64,000 bases of DNA from Octopus bimaculoides. Its lineage: Eukaryota. The notes under the pieces are model-generated. The model was not told the DNA's origin and did no database searches. It saw only the letters and a program-made list of their open reading frames with translations. Location: the NCBI RefSeq assembly GCF_001194135.2, contig NC_068999.1, forward strand, positions 50,640,447 through 50,704,446. The letters run 5' to 3'. The position numbers and the translations under genes are program-made. Positions 39,076-52,854 of this stretch are shown piece by piece (within the stretch, counting starts at the first letter, position 1; every line of letters begins with the position of its first letter).

Positions 39076-39360
39076 TATTTATCTGTCTGTTTGACTGTCT
39101 GTCAGTCTATCCATATGTTTGTTTACATACATATGCACATATATACAATATATTTATTAGTGTATAAAATCAATGTGGGGCTCCACCATGGCCGCAGTCT
39201 AATGACTGAGACACGTAAAAGAATCAAAGAATATATATATATATATATATTTTCAATATATAAAATATCCTTCTTTCTCACACGCACACACACACTCTCG
39301 CGGAGACACACACATAGATTTATATATACAGAGAGAGAGAGAGAGAGAGAGCTAGAGAGC

Positions 39361-39398
<38 letters not shown>

Positions 39399-40277
39399 GA
39401 CAGAGAGAGAGACATATATTAGAAATATATGCTTCACAAAACCTAAGATGTATGTAAAGTAAACTACAGCTTTTAAGAAGTTCGATATGAAACTCGCGCA
39501 CACATTCTGTCTGTCTGTCTGTCTGTCTGTCTCTGTCTCTGTCTCTGTCTCTGTCTGTCTGTCTGTCTATTTCTGTCTGTCTATCTCTCTCTCTCTCTCA
39601 CACACACACGCGCGTACACACACACAGACACATGGACAGACACATTCCCACACACAAAAACACATGTGAGTAGATGGTTTCGTTAAACTGCAGTGCAATA
39701 AGGAACGAACGTAAAACAACCGTTGGCGAAACAAACTTCTAACACAACTATACATTTTCTTAATTCATTGTTTTTTTGTTTTTTTTTCTCAGCAACATTC
39801 GTGATCAGACTTAGAGGTCGAATAGATAAAAACTGAAGATAACAACTACTTCACTTATCGTCAATGTCATTGCATATATTTTATATTCCATTGTGATAAC
39901 ATGAATAGGCACATCATTAAAAAGGCTACCAGCAAAATTACACATAACAGATACATCTCAGCCAATCAAACATTTTCTATTGCGTTGCTTGACCCAGCCG
40001 GATACAGTGTTAGAAATAACAGCTAAATTTCACTCAATGTTCTGCAGTCTTGAATGTCGGTATTACTCGTCCTTCTCTAAATTAAGAACTGTAGGGGTTA
40101 CTTGAGTGATATTTTCTTCCAGATGTATTATATCTGGACGAATGGAATGTGATGTTTGAAGTACAGCACATTTGTTGCATAAATGATGAGCTGGCGTGGT
40201 GGTGGTGGTGGTCAGGTAAACAAATTAATCACCGATTCAACGAGTGTGCTTGTATAGTATTAAAGGATATTTTTCCT

Positions 40278-40534
40278 TTTATTCGTTTCAATTATTAGAC
40301 TGAAACCATGCTGGGGAACCGCCTTCAAGAATTTTAGTTCGAATGAATCGACCCAAGTACTTAATTATTTTGTTTTAAGCCTCGTACTTCTTCTCTCGGT
40401 TACTTCTGCCGAACAGCGAGGCAACGGGAACGTAAACACACGAGCATCGGCTGTTCAGCGAAGATGAGGTAGGTGACAAACATACACAGACACACACAGA
40501 CACACAGACACAGACACACAGACACACACACACA

Positions 40535-40620
<86 letters not shown>

Positions 40621-40715
40621 TACATACAACGGGCTTCTTTCAGTTTCGGTCTCCTAAACTCATTCACTATGTTTTGTCACGGTGCCACGCAGTGGGACCG
40701 AACCCGGAACCATGT
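40278..40715 (-). mobile_element. Family A SINE with expanded internal (CA)n
   Basis: Reverse-strand matches to the family A tail and to GAAGCCCGT and GGGTTCGGTCCCACTGCGTGGCACC; ~140-bp internal CA-rich tract. Confidence 0.75.
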
Positions 40716-40744
40716 TCACACACAGACTCACCACCGCCCCGTGT

Positions 40745-40815
40745 ATATACGTGTAGTATTTCGCCAGTCTTTACATTCTGAGTTCTGATTGCGCCGAGGT
40801 CGACTTTGTCTTTGC
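40745..40815 (+). mobile_element. Family B SINE fragment
   Basis: ATTTCGCCAGTCTTTACATTCTGAGTTC...GCCGAGGTCGACTTTGTCTTT. Confidence 0.6.
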
Positions 40816-41353
40816 CCATGTCCCCAATCGATTACCAACCCGTGTTGGTTTGTTTGTGTTCCCGTAACATAGTAGTTTAGACAGAAGACACCGTTAGAAT
40901 AAGTACCGAACTATATAGAAAAAATAAGTACTGGGGTCGAATTATTCAACGTCAGGATGCGCCAGCAGAGCGAGCACTTTCTAATGATTCTGTCAATATG
41001 CCGCCTTCTTACGGAAGTAGCTATGCATTAATTAACCATATACTGAATTAATCAAATATTTAAAGTGACTCAGTCAAAGCCTGGCCTAACCCTAATCTTG
41101 TCAGTGCGTGCAGGAATGATCGTTTTACTTAGGCCTTTGTTGATAAGATATTACCGGATGTCACTCTGATACGGTCTTGTTGTATGGGTAGAAAGCGACG
41201 AAAGGGTAGCTACGATGGCCTTTAAGAGTCCATCCTTGACGGGCGATGTCGATGAGCTTGATGTTCACTTCGACCTTCTTGCTTGTCGATGTCAGTAAAG
41301 TGCAGCTTGGGTGTATTTACGAGCTAAACCAATACCTACCTACCATCTCTCCC

Positions 41354-41369
<16 letters not shown>

Positions 41370-41384
<15 letters not shown>

Positions 41385-41391
41385 TACCTCC

Positions 41392-41456
<65 letters not shown>

Positions 41457-41474
41457 ACCTCCCTCCCTCCCCCT

Positions 41475-41507
<33 letters not shown>

Positions 41508-41514
41508 TACCTCC

Positions 41515-41546
<32 letters not shown>

Positions 41547-41779
41547 NNNNNNNNNNNNNNNNNNNNNNNNNNNNNNNNNNNNNNNNNNNNNNNNNNNNNN
41601 NNNNNNNNNNNNNNNNNNNNNNNNNNNNNNNNNNNNNNNNNNNNNNNNNNNNNNNTATCTATCTTACCTCCCTCTCTCTCTCTTTATCTATCTTACCTCC
41701 CCCCTCTCTCTCTCTCTCACTCTCTATCTATCTTACCTCCCTCCCTCTCTCTCTCTCTCTCTCTCTATCTATCTTACCT

Positions 41780-41827
<48 letters not shown>

Positions 41828-41830
41828 ACC
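41370..41830. repeat. Compound minisatellite built of microsatellite modules
   Basis: At least 7 copies of the anchor TATCTATCTTACCTCCC, each followed by variable (CT)n, with (TA)n or (TATC)n in some units. Confidence 0.85.
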
Positions 41831-41956
41831 AACCTTTGTGTCTGTGCGCCTGTTATGTCTGATTATAATCAGACATAAACCCAAGCTCTCTTTCTGAACC
41901 ACCCTCTCTATATGTACACATGTGTGAACCTCTCTCTTTCTCTCTCTCTCTCTATT

Positions 41957-42005
<49 letters not shown>

Positions 42006-43391
42006 GTCTGTCTGTCTCTATCTCCATACACACATATACGTGACTGAGCCGTAAACACGTGTTCTGTCGTGACACCGAAGATCTTAGTTGTTGCCAAGGT
42101 GGTACTGAAAACTAAAGCAAAGTCCTATGTGCCATCACAAATTTACTTACACTCGATTGTCTAATCTACGTCTGTGGGATTTTTTTTCTCTTTGCCCCCT
42201 GTCCTTTAACGCTAAGTCATTTGTTGTCTAACAAACCTATTCTGAACGACTTTCCAACAGTGACCAATATATATCTTATTGTTGTTGCTTCTGCTCTTGT
42301 TACCTAACTTTTGGTCAGTCCCTTTCAGGCACCTGTGTGATACATTCCGTGCTGTTATTGCTATACCTACAACACTATTTGAAAGACAACAGGATGAGAT
42401 GTGAGCATAAGGTAACTGCTATTTCTAGCTGAATAAAAGACCGCCTGGAGGCTCCTATGAAGTCACACAACACTTAAAAATTGAACAGCTTATTCAAGGA
42501 AACTACAAAATTCTGACATTCTGACGTTGAATGCTTTTGAAAGGCAATTTTGATATAGTAATTGCTCGACGACCACTTGCATATTTTGGCTTAACGTTTA
42601 GATTATAAACTAATTTCAATCTTAAGCATATTAAACCGCAATTCGGTGCGATTTACCTTTTCACCGTATTGGCAAGATGACTATAGGCAAATCTAAATGC
42701 AATTTACATCAGACAAATGGTTATATGCGATTATATGCAGGCACATACACGTACGTACACGCACCATTACGCACACACGCACACAGCCACACCACACATA
42801 CACACACAAACACACACACACTCATACACACACAAGCAAATGTATAAATAAGATACGTGGTTTAGAAGATTAGGGTGTTGGATTCCAGATTATAGGGACG
42901 CAAGGAAGCGTTTTGGAGTCTTAGAAAAGATTGACAGCAAAGGACGTTCCAGCCACGACCACACCGTTCTCTGCTTAAGCATTTTTAATATGGCTAAGTC
43001 TATCTTATCTCTCACACTTCATAAGATACAAGTGAATAATTTGATGGAGATTCGCTTTCCATTTCAGAGAGGCGGAGACGAGTGACCTTTCTGAGGCTTT
43101 CTTGAGTAATTTAATAAAGCGTATGTTCTCTGACGGAAAGCATTGAGGAGTTCAGGGCTTTCCTAATGTCATATGTGAAATTAAAGCGAGATGAAATCAT
43201 TGGGTGTTGAGTTTCCAATTTAGAATGTATAGATCCGGTTTCGTTTCGCTGCGAGGAACATCAATTTGACGTTGATCCATTTTACTTAACTGAAAATGAA
43301 CACCTGCCAACGAATGGTGTTATCATCTGTCTCTCCAGCAGTGACATTCTCTATGTTGTCCTGGGTCAGGATTTTGTCTATGTCTGTTCTA

Positions 43392-43595
43392 CAGGGTGTC
43401 CATAAATTCTGGCGTACATAAAATCATAACATAAACAATCAAATATGAGAAATAATAATTTCTTAAAGTATGTGTTAATCCCCATGTGGGTACATGGAGT
43501 AAATAAAATCATAACATAAACAATTAAATATAAAAAATAATAGTTTCTTAAAGTATGTGTTAACCTCCGTGTACCAAGACTCTGTAGATACCCTG
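43392..43595. mobile_element. Tc1/mariner-type MITE with TA target-site duplication
   Basis: TA|CAGGGTGTCCATAAATTCTGGCGTAC ... GTACCAAGACTCTGTAGATACCCTG|TA; ~25-bp imperfect TIRs; interior is a tandem duplication of a ~60-bp AT-rich unit. Confidence 0.75.
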
Positions 43596-44026
43596 TAAAT
43601 TACATAATCCATAGTATTGACAAAGCCATTGTACATGCAACCAACTCACACGCGCTTACGAATGACAGATTCGGTCATGGTTTCACGGGGTTAAGTTTGA
43701 ATGAAGTGCAATCTAAAAGTAGAACGGACAAATTTTTCAGAATCAAAAAGGGACACATTTCAGATAGAGATTATACCTGTACAGACTACATATTTACCGT
43801 TTGATAAAGTCACGGACAGGCAATTTCTGCCACAACAGGTGCACGCCCGCCTGTGTGCTTTTGTATGCACGGGTGTGGGTGTGTGTGTGTGTAAGGGGGC
43901 AGATATTCGTACGTATGTATATTAATACATTATAAGAAAGTATCCAAGTCTCTTAATGTATATACATATATATACATATATATACATATATATATACATA
44001 TATATATACATATATATATATATGCA

Positions 44027-44058
<32 letters not shown>

Positions 44059-44732
44059 TTTACACCACCTGTCCTCGTCTGTTGTCATTATTTGTATATT
44101 CTCCCATATATATANNNNNNNNNNNNNNNNNNNNNNNNNNNNNNNNNNNNNNNNNNNNNNNNNNNNNNNNNNNNNNNNNNNNNNNNNNNNNNNNNNNNNN
44201 NNNNNNNNNNNNNNNNNNNNNNNNNNNNNNNNNNNNNNNNNNNNNNNNNNNNNNNNNNNNNNNNNNNNNNNNNNNNNNNNNNNNNNNNNNNNNNNNNNNN
44301 NNNNNNNNNNNNNNNNNNNNNNNNTTATGTATTTATCTATTTGACTGCGGACACATCATGTCAGATTTCAATACAGTTTCCTGAGATTGACTTAACAACA
44401 CGTTTAATCCATAAACCTCGTCTGATCTCAAAACATATCGATCACCTAAATATCTCCCGACAATAAGCCATCAAAATGATTCAAGTTTCACTCGGTTACT
44501 CGAAGGCCAATCGTATTTTCGCTACTTTTACTTCTTTTTTCCTTTTCTATTTGTTTCGTCCTCCTTTATTTATTTATTGTTGCTGTTTGGGGGCTTATTG
44601 TTATTTTCGTTATTTGTTTGTTTGCATTTATCTAAAGATGTACCTACTACTGCTTCTCTAACCAAGGTCAGGGCATCTCCTTTATACGCTGTTAGATCTT
44701 TACTTTTTCTCACAAATTATCTATCTGCTTGT

Positions 44733-44809
<77 letters not shown>

Positions 44810-44825
44810 ATATATATATATATAA

Positions 44826-44872
<47 letters not shown>

Positions 44873-44895
44873 ATTGTACAAAAGCACAGAAACAT

Positions 44896-44930
<35 letters not shown>

Positions 44931-44968
44931 CACACAAACATACACACTCATAGAAGCATTCATATATA

Positions 44969-45860
44969 CAAGGTGCAGTGAATAAGCTGACGTCTAATTT
45001 ACACAAAAATGAAAATAACACTAATATCTCATTTTAACAGATATATTTACCAAAATTACATATAAAATATGTAACGCTAAACAGTAAATTTACTCAATAA
45101 AATCACCATTGGCTTCAGAGACGGCCTCCAGACGACTTCGGAATCTCCTGCAACTCTTCTGGATAGTCTCCTTGTTTCAGTTGGTGAATGCTGCCACAAT
45201 CCTTGTCTTCGGTTCGCCTTTGGTGTTACAAGAAGTTTTGTTGGTCTCTCGCTCAACTGCACCCCACACATTATGATCAAGTGGGTTGCAGTCTGGGGAG
45301 TCAGGTGGCCAGATGTTAGGGGTGATGTCGTAGAAATTGTCTGACATATATGACTGCGTTCTACTGCCTGTGTGAGCAGAGTCCTGTTGCCAGACATAGG
45401 GTCTTTCAGCAGCAATCCTTTTCACCCAGGACAGGACCACCTCCTCCAGGCACTTGATGTAGGCCTCTAAGTTACCTCTGAGGCCGTGTGAGAAGATGAA
45501 TGGAGGCATAACATCGTCATCACTAGTGATCACTCCAAACACCATGAACTTCACTGGATGTTTGATTTTTAACACTCTCAGTACATGACCTCAGAATGCA
45601 TTTTCATCAGATTGCATCGTCCTCAGATTGACACCCAAACATTCTGAAATGTTCGTATTGGTGCATTCGGCGCGAATGCCAGGCAGCACAGCATATCTGT
45701 TCCAAATTTCTGACAGAGTGAATTGCGTCATGGTGTTGATTTTCTCACAGACGATGCCCGACTGACCCTGCAATACTACGTAGTCGACAAAATCAAAAAC
45801 AAACAATGCACATGCGCGAAATAAAAAATAAAATGGCGACAATTTACCCATCGTACCCCG
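44969..45860 (-). mobile_element. Internally deleted Tc1/mariner transposon, DD37D (maT)-like
   Basis: Imperfect TIRs (CAAGGTGCAGTGAATAAGCTGAC at the left end; reverse complement CGGGGTACGATGGGTAAATTGTC at the right end), TA at or next to both ends, and a transposase remnant inside. About 0.9 kb versus ~1.3 kb typical of full-length elements. Confidence 0.85.
45090..45731 (-). pseudogene. Mariner-family transposase pseudogene
   Basis: N-terminus MTQFTLSEIWNRYAVL... is fused at ~45580-45610 to the catalytic half KHPVKFMVFGVIT...WQQDSAH...WPPDSPDCNPLDHNVWGAVE. Premature stop at 45177-79, followed by the continuing C-terminus NKETIQKSCRRFRSRLEAVSEANGDFIE*. The SPDxNPLD motif is typical of DD37D. 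Confidence 0.85.
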
Positions 45861-45898
45861 ATACATACATACATACGTATATACATACATACGTACAT

Positions 45899-45929
<31 letters not shown>

Positions 45930-46014
45930 TACGTTTGTATATGTGTGTGTTTGTGTGTGCGTGTGTGTGTGTGTATCCATCATTCACTATTTCTCTCTAT
46001 AACTGTATCTACTT

Positions 46015-46084
<70 letters not shown>

Positions 46085-46512
46085 TATATACAGAAATATA
46101 TTATTTTCTTCCCCACCTCTCTCTCTGTATGAGTATAAATTTGTATGTACTTGTATGTATCTGGGTATAGCTGTCCTGGTTTACAATTGATTTTTGCATT
46201 TCACTCCATATTACTCTTTCCGTGCAATTAAATAATCTTTGACTTATTTATTGAGACTATTAACCCGGCAGAGATTTGAATGAAAGAAGATAAGAAGGTA
46301 TCCAGGTGTCAGATATAAATGTTGATCTAGAAGTTGATGTGTGGCAAAAGAGGTGTTTTTTTAAGATGCGAGTTACGGTGAGAGAAATGAGTATCTGTTC
46401 AACTTCTTTCCTTCTACACCAATTATTATACCATGTTACCTCTCACTTCCTCATATATGGGTGTATATGTATATCTATATGTATAATGCCTATATCTAGA
46501 TCTATGTGTGCG

Positions 46513-46556
<44 letters not shown>

Positions 46557-46942
46557 GACAAAGAAATGGCGGCAATAGGGTTATACAAGTAACAAGATTA
46601 CTGTGAATGAATAATCGTATATTTCGTAATTTCATACAACCTTATTTCGACATTCAAAATCTCTATCACATATATTTACTCTCACATGTGTAAACATATC
46701 CTGTATACAAACCAATACTGTGAATATATTACATAGACTTTGTGTGCAGACGTAGACATGTATGCGTACACAAGAAGAATTATATCTTAAATACAAATAG
46801 ATCGACAAATAAGTAGACAGCTACGTTTGCATGCACAGATATTCATATTTTGCGCTGGTATGTGCAACTATCACAGTTTTATCATAATTCTCCAAAAGGA
46901 TAATAAACAAAACAAAACGAAAACAAACAAGAATTAAGGCGT

Positions 46943-46977
<35 letters not shown>

Positions 46978-47252
46978 NNNNNNNNNNNNNNNNNNNNNNN
47001 NNNNNNNNNNNNNNNNNNNNNNNNNNNNNNNNNNNNNNNNNNNNNNNNNNNNNNNNNNNNNNNNNNNNNNNNNNNNNNNNNNNNNNNNNNNNNNNNNNNN
47101 NNNNNNNNNNNNNNNNNNNNNNNNNNNNNNNNNNNNNNNNNNNNNNNNNNNNNNNNNNNNNNNNNNNNNNNNNNNNNNNNNNNNNNNNNNNNNNNNNNNN
47201 NNNNNNNNNNNNNNNNNNNNNNNNNNNNNNNNNNNNNNNNNNNNNNNNNNNN

Positions 47253-47314
<62 letters not shown>

Positions 47315-48094
47315 ATATACAAGTGTTCTCTAAGTGCAATGTGATGTCATAGCAGATTCCCATTGGATTAAAGAAGGATTATACAAACAGATTACGCTCG
47401 TACAGCCAGACTTATGTATATCTTAGTTTATCCGAATAAACATGCGTTTCAGAGATCAATTACTAGTGTCAGAGTGCAACGGTACACAAGTTGACTTCAG
47501 TAAGCCTCGACCATCTTTCCTTCGTGCTCGTCAGCAGTCAGGCAACGTCTTAACTAAGACATTATTACAGCAATGACACCATAAGGAATACGTTCACACT
47601 CACACACTCCTATCTATATTTATATCTATATCTATCTATATGTATGTATATATATACACATCTACGCAGATATGCATACATGTATATGTATATATATATA
47701 TTTGTATATATATATATATAATATATATATGTGTGTATATACACACAAGCATGCAACCATACACATACACACACACATGAGCATACACACACATATATGT
47801 ATGCATACATACTTTAAAGAAGACGCAGCATGCAATTAACGAAATAATAATGAGGTGCATAGTACATAAAGGAAATAAACACGTGGTACTTACATCTGTA
47901 GTTGTAAGTAACTGAAAAAGAGAAGAAAAAAGTGAATTTAATGATATTTACAAACAAATATTCTGCAACAAATAATTACATAATATATGCAAAGAACTGT
48001 TATAGATTTATCATTTTAAACCTTAAATTGGGGTGGCACTGCATTACAAATCCTTATAAATTTGATTATTACTGATTTCTACATCTATTAATTT

Positions 48095-48415
48095 TTTATC
48101 TTGTTCCAGTCATATCATGGTGTGGTACCGCCTTGAAGAAGTTTTAGTCGAACGAATCGACTTGTGCTTAGTTATTTTTTAAATCCTGGTAATTTTTCTA
48201 TCAGTTCTTTTGCCGAACCGCTAGAAGTCATGGCTTATAGAGACTAGCATAACTAAGTGGTCAAAAAGTGGGCTTTACAACTAAATGGTTTTTTTTGGTT
48301 TCCATTATGCAGCACCTTGAGCAAGAGTTTTCTAATTTTGTTCCGGGAAGACCAGAGGCTTGTGGGTGAATTTGGTAAACTTATACTGTGTAGAAACCCG
48401 TTGTATATATATATA
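48095..48415. mobile_element. Two family A SINE fragments in opposite orientation
   Basis: 48095-48225 is the minus-strand 3' part (TTTTGCCGAACCGCTAG). ~48250-48415 is the plus-strand 5' part (GCACCTTGAGCAAGAG...GAAACCCGTTGTATAT). Confidence 0.55.
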
Positions 48416-49121
48416 TATATNNNNNNNNNNNNNNNNNNNNNNNNNNNNNNNNNNNNNNNNNNNNNNNNNNNNNNNNNNNNNNNNNNNNNNNNNNNNNNNN
48501 NNNNNNNNNNNNNNNNNNNNNNNNNNNNNNNNNNNNNNNNNNNNNNNNNNNNNNNNNNNNNNNNNNNNNNNNNNNNNNNNNNNNNNNNNNNNNNNNNNNN
48601 NNNNNNNNNNNNNNNNNNNNNNNNNNNNNNNNNNNNNNNNNNNNNNNNNNNNNNNNNNNNNNNNNNNNNNNNNNNNNNNNNNNNNNNNNNNNNNNNNNNN
48701 NNNNNNNNNNNNNNNNNNNNNNNNNNNNNNNNNNNNNNNNNNNNNNNNNNNNNNNNNNNNNNNNNNNNNNNNNNNNNNNNNNNNNNNNNNNNNNNNNNNN
48801 NNNNNNNNNNNNNNNNNNNNNNNNNNNNNNNNNNNNNNNNNNNNNNNNNNNNNNNNNNNNNNNNNNNNTCCATACAACAAAAACACTGTTGCCAAATCAT
48901 TGATTCTCGAATCCGAATTTCAACATTTTCTTTTGATTTCGCATTCAGAATTTTCCTAATTTGGGTTATTACAAAACAAACAGTAAAATGAAAACGCGCA
49001 CGCACGGACTCTTCGTACTAAAACACAGGTGAGCGCATGCGCACACATTTATTACGTTCGGCTATCTACCTAGTAATCTCCCGAATGTTTCAACATATTT
49101 CAATATGATTGTGTGTGTGTA

Positions 49122-49157
<36 letters not shown>

Positions 49158-49372
49158 CATGTATGTATGTATGTATGTATGAGCATATGCATGTATACAT
49201 ACGTATATGTACATACCTACATCTACATGTAGATATCCGGGTACAGAAAGGGGATTGGTTAACCATGAAACGTTAGATGGTAGGTGTACAAAGAAAGAAA
49301 GAGAAAAAGAGAGACAGAGAGAAGGGAAGAGATAGGTGAGAGAGAAAAAGATTATATATATATTAATAAATA

Positions 49373-49715
49373 GGCGCAGGAGTGGTAACTAGCTTGCTTA
49401 CCAACCACATGGTTCCGGGTGGTACGTTGGGCGAGTGTCTTCTACTATAGCCTCGGGCCGACCAAAGCCTTGTGAGTGGATTTGGTAGACGGAAACTGAA
49501 AGAAGCCCGTCGTATATATGTATATATGTGTGTGTGTGTGTGTGTTTGTCCCTCAACATCACTTGACAACCGATGCTGGTATTTTTACGCCCCTGTAACT
49601 TAGCAGTTCGGCAAAAAGAGCCCAATTGAATAAGTACTTGGCTTACAAAGAATAAGTCCTGAGGTCGATTAGCTCGACTAAAGGCGGTGCTCCAGCATGG
49701 CCGCAGTCAAATGAC
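49373..49715 (+). mobile_element. Family A SINE, near full-length
   Basis: Colinear and highly similar to 12814-13210, with small deletions in the head. Confidence 0.85.
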
Positions 49716-49885
49716 TGGCTCTCTTTTTGATGTAGTTCAACTACGCAAAAAGAAAAAGCATTTCTTTTCTTCCTTCAACTTAGTCCTCTAATTTCAGTTG
49801 TAATAGCATAGTAATAGCAAGTTATAGTTGCAATGGTAGTAGTTGAAGTAATAATAATAGTAAGAAGAAAAATAGGAATAAACGT

Positions 49886-49913
49886 ATTATCATTATTATC
49901 ATTATTATTATTA

Positions 49914-49989
<76 letters not shown>

Positions 49990-49990
49990 G
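49886..49990. repeat. (ATT)n microsatellite
   Basis: Directly visible. Confidence 0.95.
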
Positions 49991-50419
49991 TGATAAATTA
50001 TCAATTATAAACGATATGAATTCATTTATTTTTTAGATATTCTGTTTNNNNNNNNNNNNNNNNNNNNNNNNNNNNNNNNNNNNNNNNNNNNNNNNNNNNN
50101 NNNNNNNNNNNNNNNNNNNNNNNNNNNNNNNNNNNNNNNNNNNNNNNNNNNNNNNNNNNNNNNNNNNNNNNNNNNNNNNNNNNNNNNNNNNNNNNNNNNN
50201 NNNNNNNNNNNNNNNNNNNNNNNNNNNNNNNNNNNNNNNNNNNNNNNNNNNNNNNNNNNNNNNNNNNNNNNNNNNNNNNNNNNNNNNNNNNNNNNNNNNN
50301 NNNNNNNNNNNNNNNNNNNNNNNNNNNNNNNNNNNNNNNNNNNNNNNNNNNNNNNNNNNNNNNNNNNNNNNNNNNNNNNNNNNNNNNNNNNNNNNNNNNN
50401 NNNNNNNNNNNNNNNNNNN

Positions 50420-50505
<86 letters not shown>

Positions 50506-50713
50506 CTGTGTGTATGAACCTATGTAATATATGTGTGTATGTTTGAGAGAGACAGAGAGTATGTGTGTGTATGTACGTTGCTTAATGTTGAACGACAAAG
50601 AAAGTAATGCTCAATATACAATGTAGAGGATGTAGATTTTTAGTAGTTTCTTAGTTTCGTCTATTGAAACTCCAGTTCAGTTTTAATAAAAAAACTTTGT
50701 GTGTGTTACTTTC

Positions 50714-50747
<34 letters not shown>

Positions 50748-50787
50748 TGTATACATATGAATGTATATATATATACATATTTATATA

Positions 50788-50889
50788 TAGTGAAAAGGAA
50801 TTTCGTTAAAGAGACTTTCCTCACGTGTATGTATGTATGCATATATATATAGTGAAATAGAATTACGTTAAAGTGACTTTCCTCACGTG
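50788..50889. repeat. Tandem duplication, 62-bp period
   Basis: TAGTGAAAAGGAATTTCGTTAAAGAGACTTTCCTCACGTG and TAGTGAAATAGAATTACGTTAAAGTGACTTTCCTCACGTG. Confidence 0.85.
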
Positions 50890-51067
50890 GCGATTGGTAG
50901 TGAAAAAATATATAATTAAAAGAAAGCTAAAAAATATATGTGTATATATATATATAAAAATGAAAGAATAAACAGAGTCCAACGTAAGAGGGAGCACTAT
51001 TCGACAGCTGTTTAATGACCACTTTGTACTCTAATACGTTCTTAACGGAATACACCGCAACTATGTG

Positions 51068-51115
<48 letters not shown>

Positions 51116-51940
51116 NNNNNNNNNNNNNNNNNNNNNNNNNNNNNNNNNNNNNNNNNNNNNNNNNNNNNNNNNNNNNNNNNNNNNNNNNNNNNNNNNNNNN
51201 NNNNNNNNNNNNNNNNNNNNNNNNNNNNNNNNNNNNNNNNNNNNNNNNNNNNNNNNNNNNNNNNNNNNNNNNNNNNNNNNNNNNNNNNNNNNNNNNNNNN
51301 NNNNNNNNNNNNNNNNNNNNNNNNNNNNNNNNNNNNNNNNNNNNNNNNNNNNNNNNNNNNNNNNNNNNNNNNNNNNNNNNNNNNNNNNNNNNNNNNNNNN
51401 NNNNNNNNNNNNNNNNNNNNNNNNNNNNNNNNNNNNNNNNNNNNNNNNNNNNNNNNNNNNNNNNNNNNNNNNNNNNNNNNNNNNNNNNNNNNNNNNNNNN
51501 NNNNNNNNNNNNNNNNNNNNNNNNNNNNNNNNNNNNNNNNNNNNNNNNNNNNNNNNNNNNNNNNNNNNNNNNNNNNNNNNNNNNNNNNNNNNNNNNNNNN
51601 NNNNNNNNNNNNNNNNNNNNNNNNNNNNNNNNNNNNNNNNNNNNNNNNNNNNNNNNNNNNNNNNNNNNNNNNNNNNNNNNNNNNNNNNNNNNNNNNNNNN
51701 NNNNNNNNNNNNNNNNNNNNNNNNNNNNNNNNNNNNNNNNNNNNNNNNNNNNNNNNNNNNNNNNNNNNNNNNNNNNNNNNNNNNNNNNNNNNNNNNNNNN
51801 NNNNNNNNNNNNNNNNNNNNNNNNNNNNNNNNNNNNNNNNNNNNNNNNNNNNNNNNNNNNNNNNNNNNNNNNNNNNNNNNNNNNNNNNNNNNNNNNNNNN
51901 NNNNNNNNNNNNNNNNNNNNNNNNNNNNNNNNNNNNNNNN

Positions 51941-51974
<34 letters not shown>

Positions 51975-52476
51975 AGAGAGGGGGAGGGAGAGGGAAAGGG
52001 AAAACAAGGGAGAAAACCAGACAAGAAACGAGCCAACATTTGCTGGTTGAAACCCAATTATGTAAGATTTCAGATATTGGAATTTCTCCGAATTTTACTC
52101 GTTTTAATTATTATAGACACGTCAGGAACATACGTTGTCTTCTATGGAAACTATCATTGTCCAAGCACTAAACCTCCATTGAGGACTCTCATCGCTTAGC
52201 CAATATTTAAGCTCGATTGTCTATCAAAGCCGTATCACTTTCTTCTATAGAAATATAAAGCGCTGCTAAATGCTTGTATTCTTTGCGTCTAGAATCATCG
52301 GCCTACAGAGTTGATTAGTAGTACTGAGTCAACATAAAGGACCTACAGTAGGGAACTGAAAAAGAACTTCGACGCAGATCCCGTCTATTCGGCTATGAAT
52401 CGTTTTGAGATCGAACGACGAGAGAGAAGTCGAAAGAGAGACGGATGTGTGAGTTGAGGAAGAAGTCATAGAGAGA

Positions 52477-52520
<44 letters not shown>

Positions 52521-52854
52521 AGAGAAAAAGAGGGAGAGAGAGAGCGAGAGAGAGAGAAAGGGCGAGAGAGAAGAGTCGATGTTCTCACATTGGTATGGGT
52601 TTATGGTAACGAAAGTCTAAAAGAAAAAAGTGTTTATTGCACGATTTTAACACAACGTAAAAAATCCCCCAAAATAAATGTAAGGCATTTTGTCCGACGA
52701 CCTGATGATTCTGCTAACAAGCTGCTTCATTATTTTTTAATACCTATCTTAAATTACAAAAGCATTAGAACCAAAAGTTACGCAGCTGTAAGGAAATCAA
52801 AGCATTCTTAATTTAAGGACTCCACATGGATGAAATCTAGTCCGTTTTACTGTA

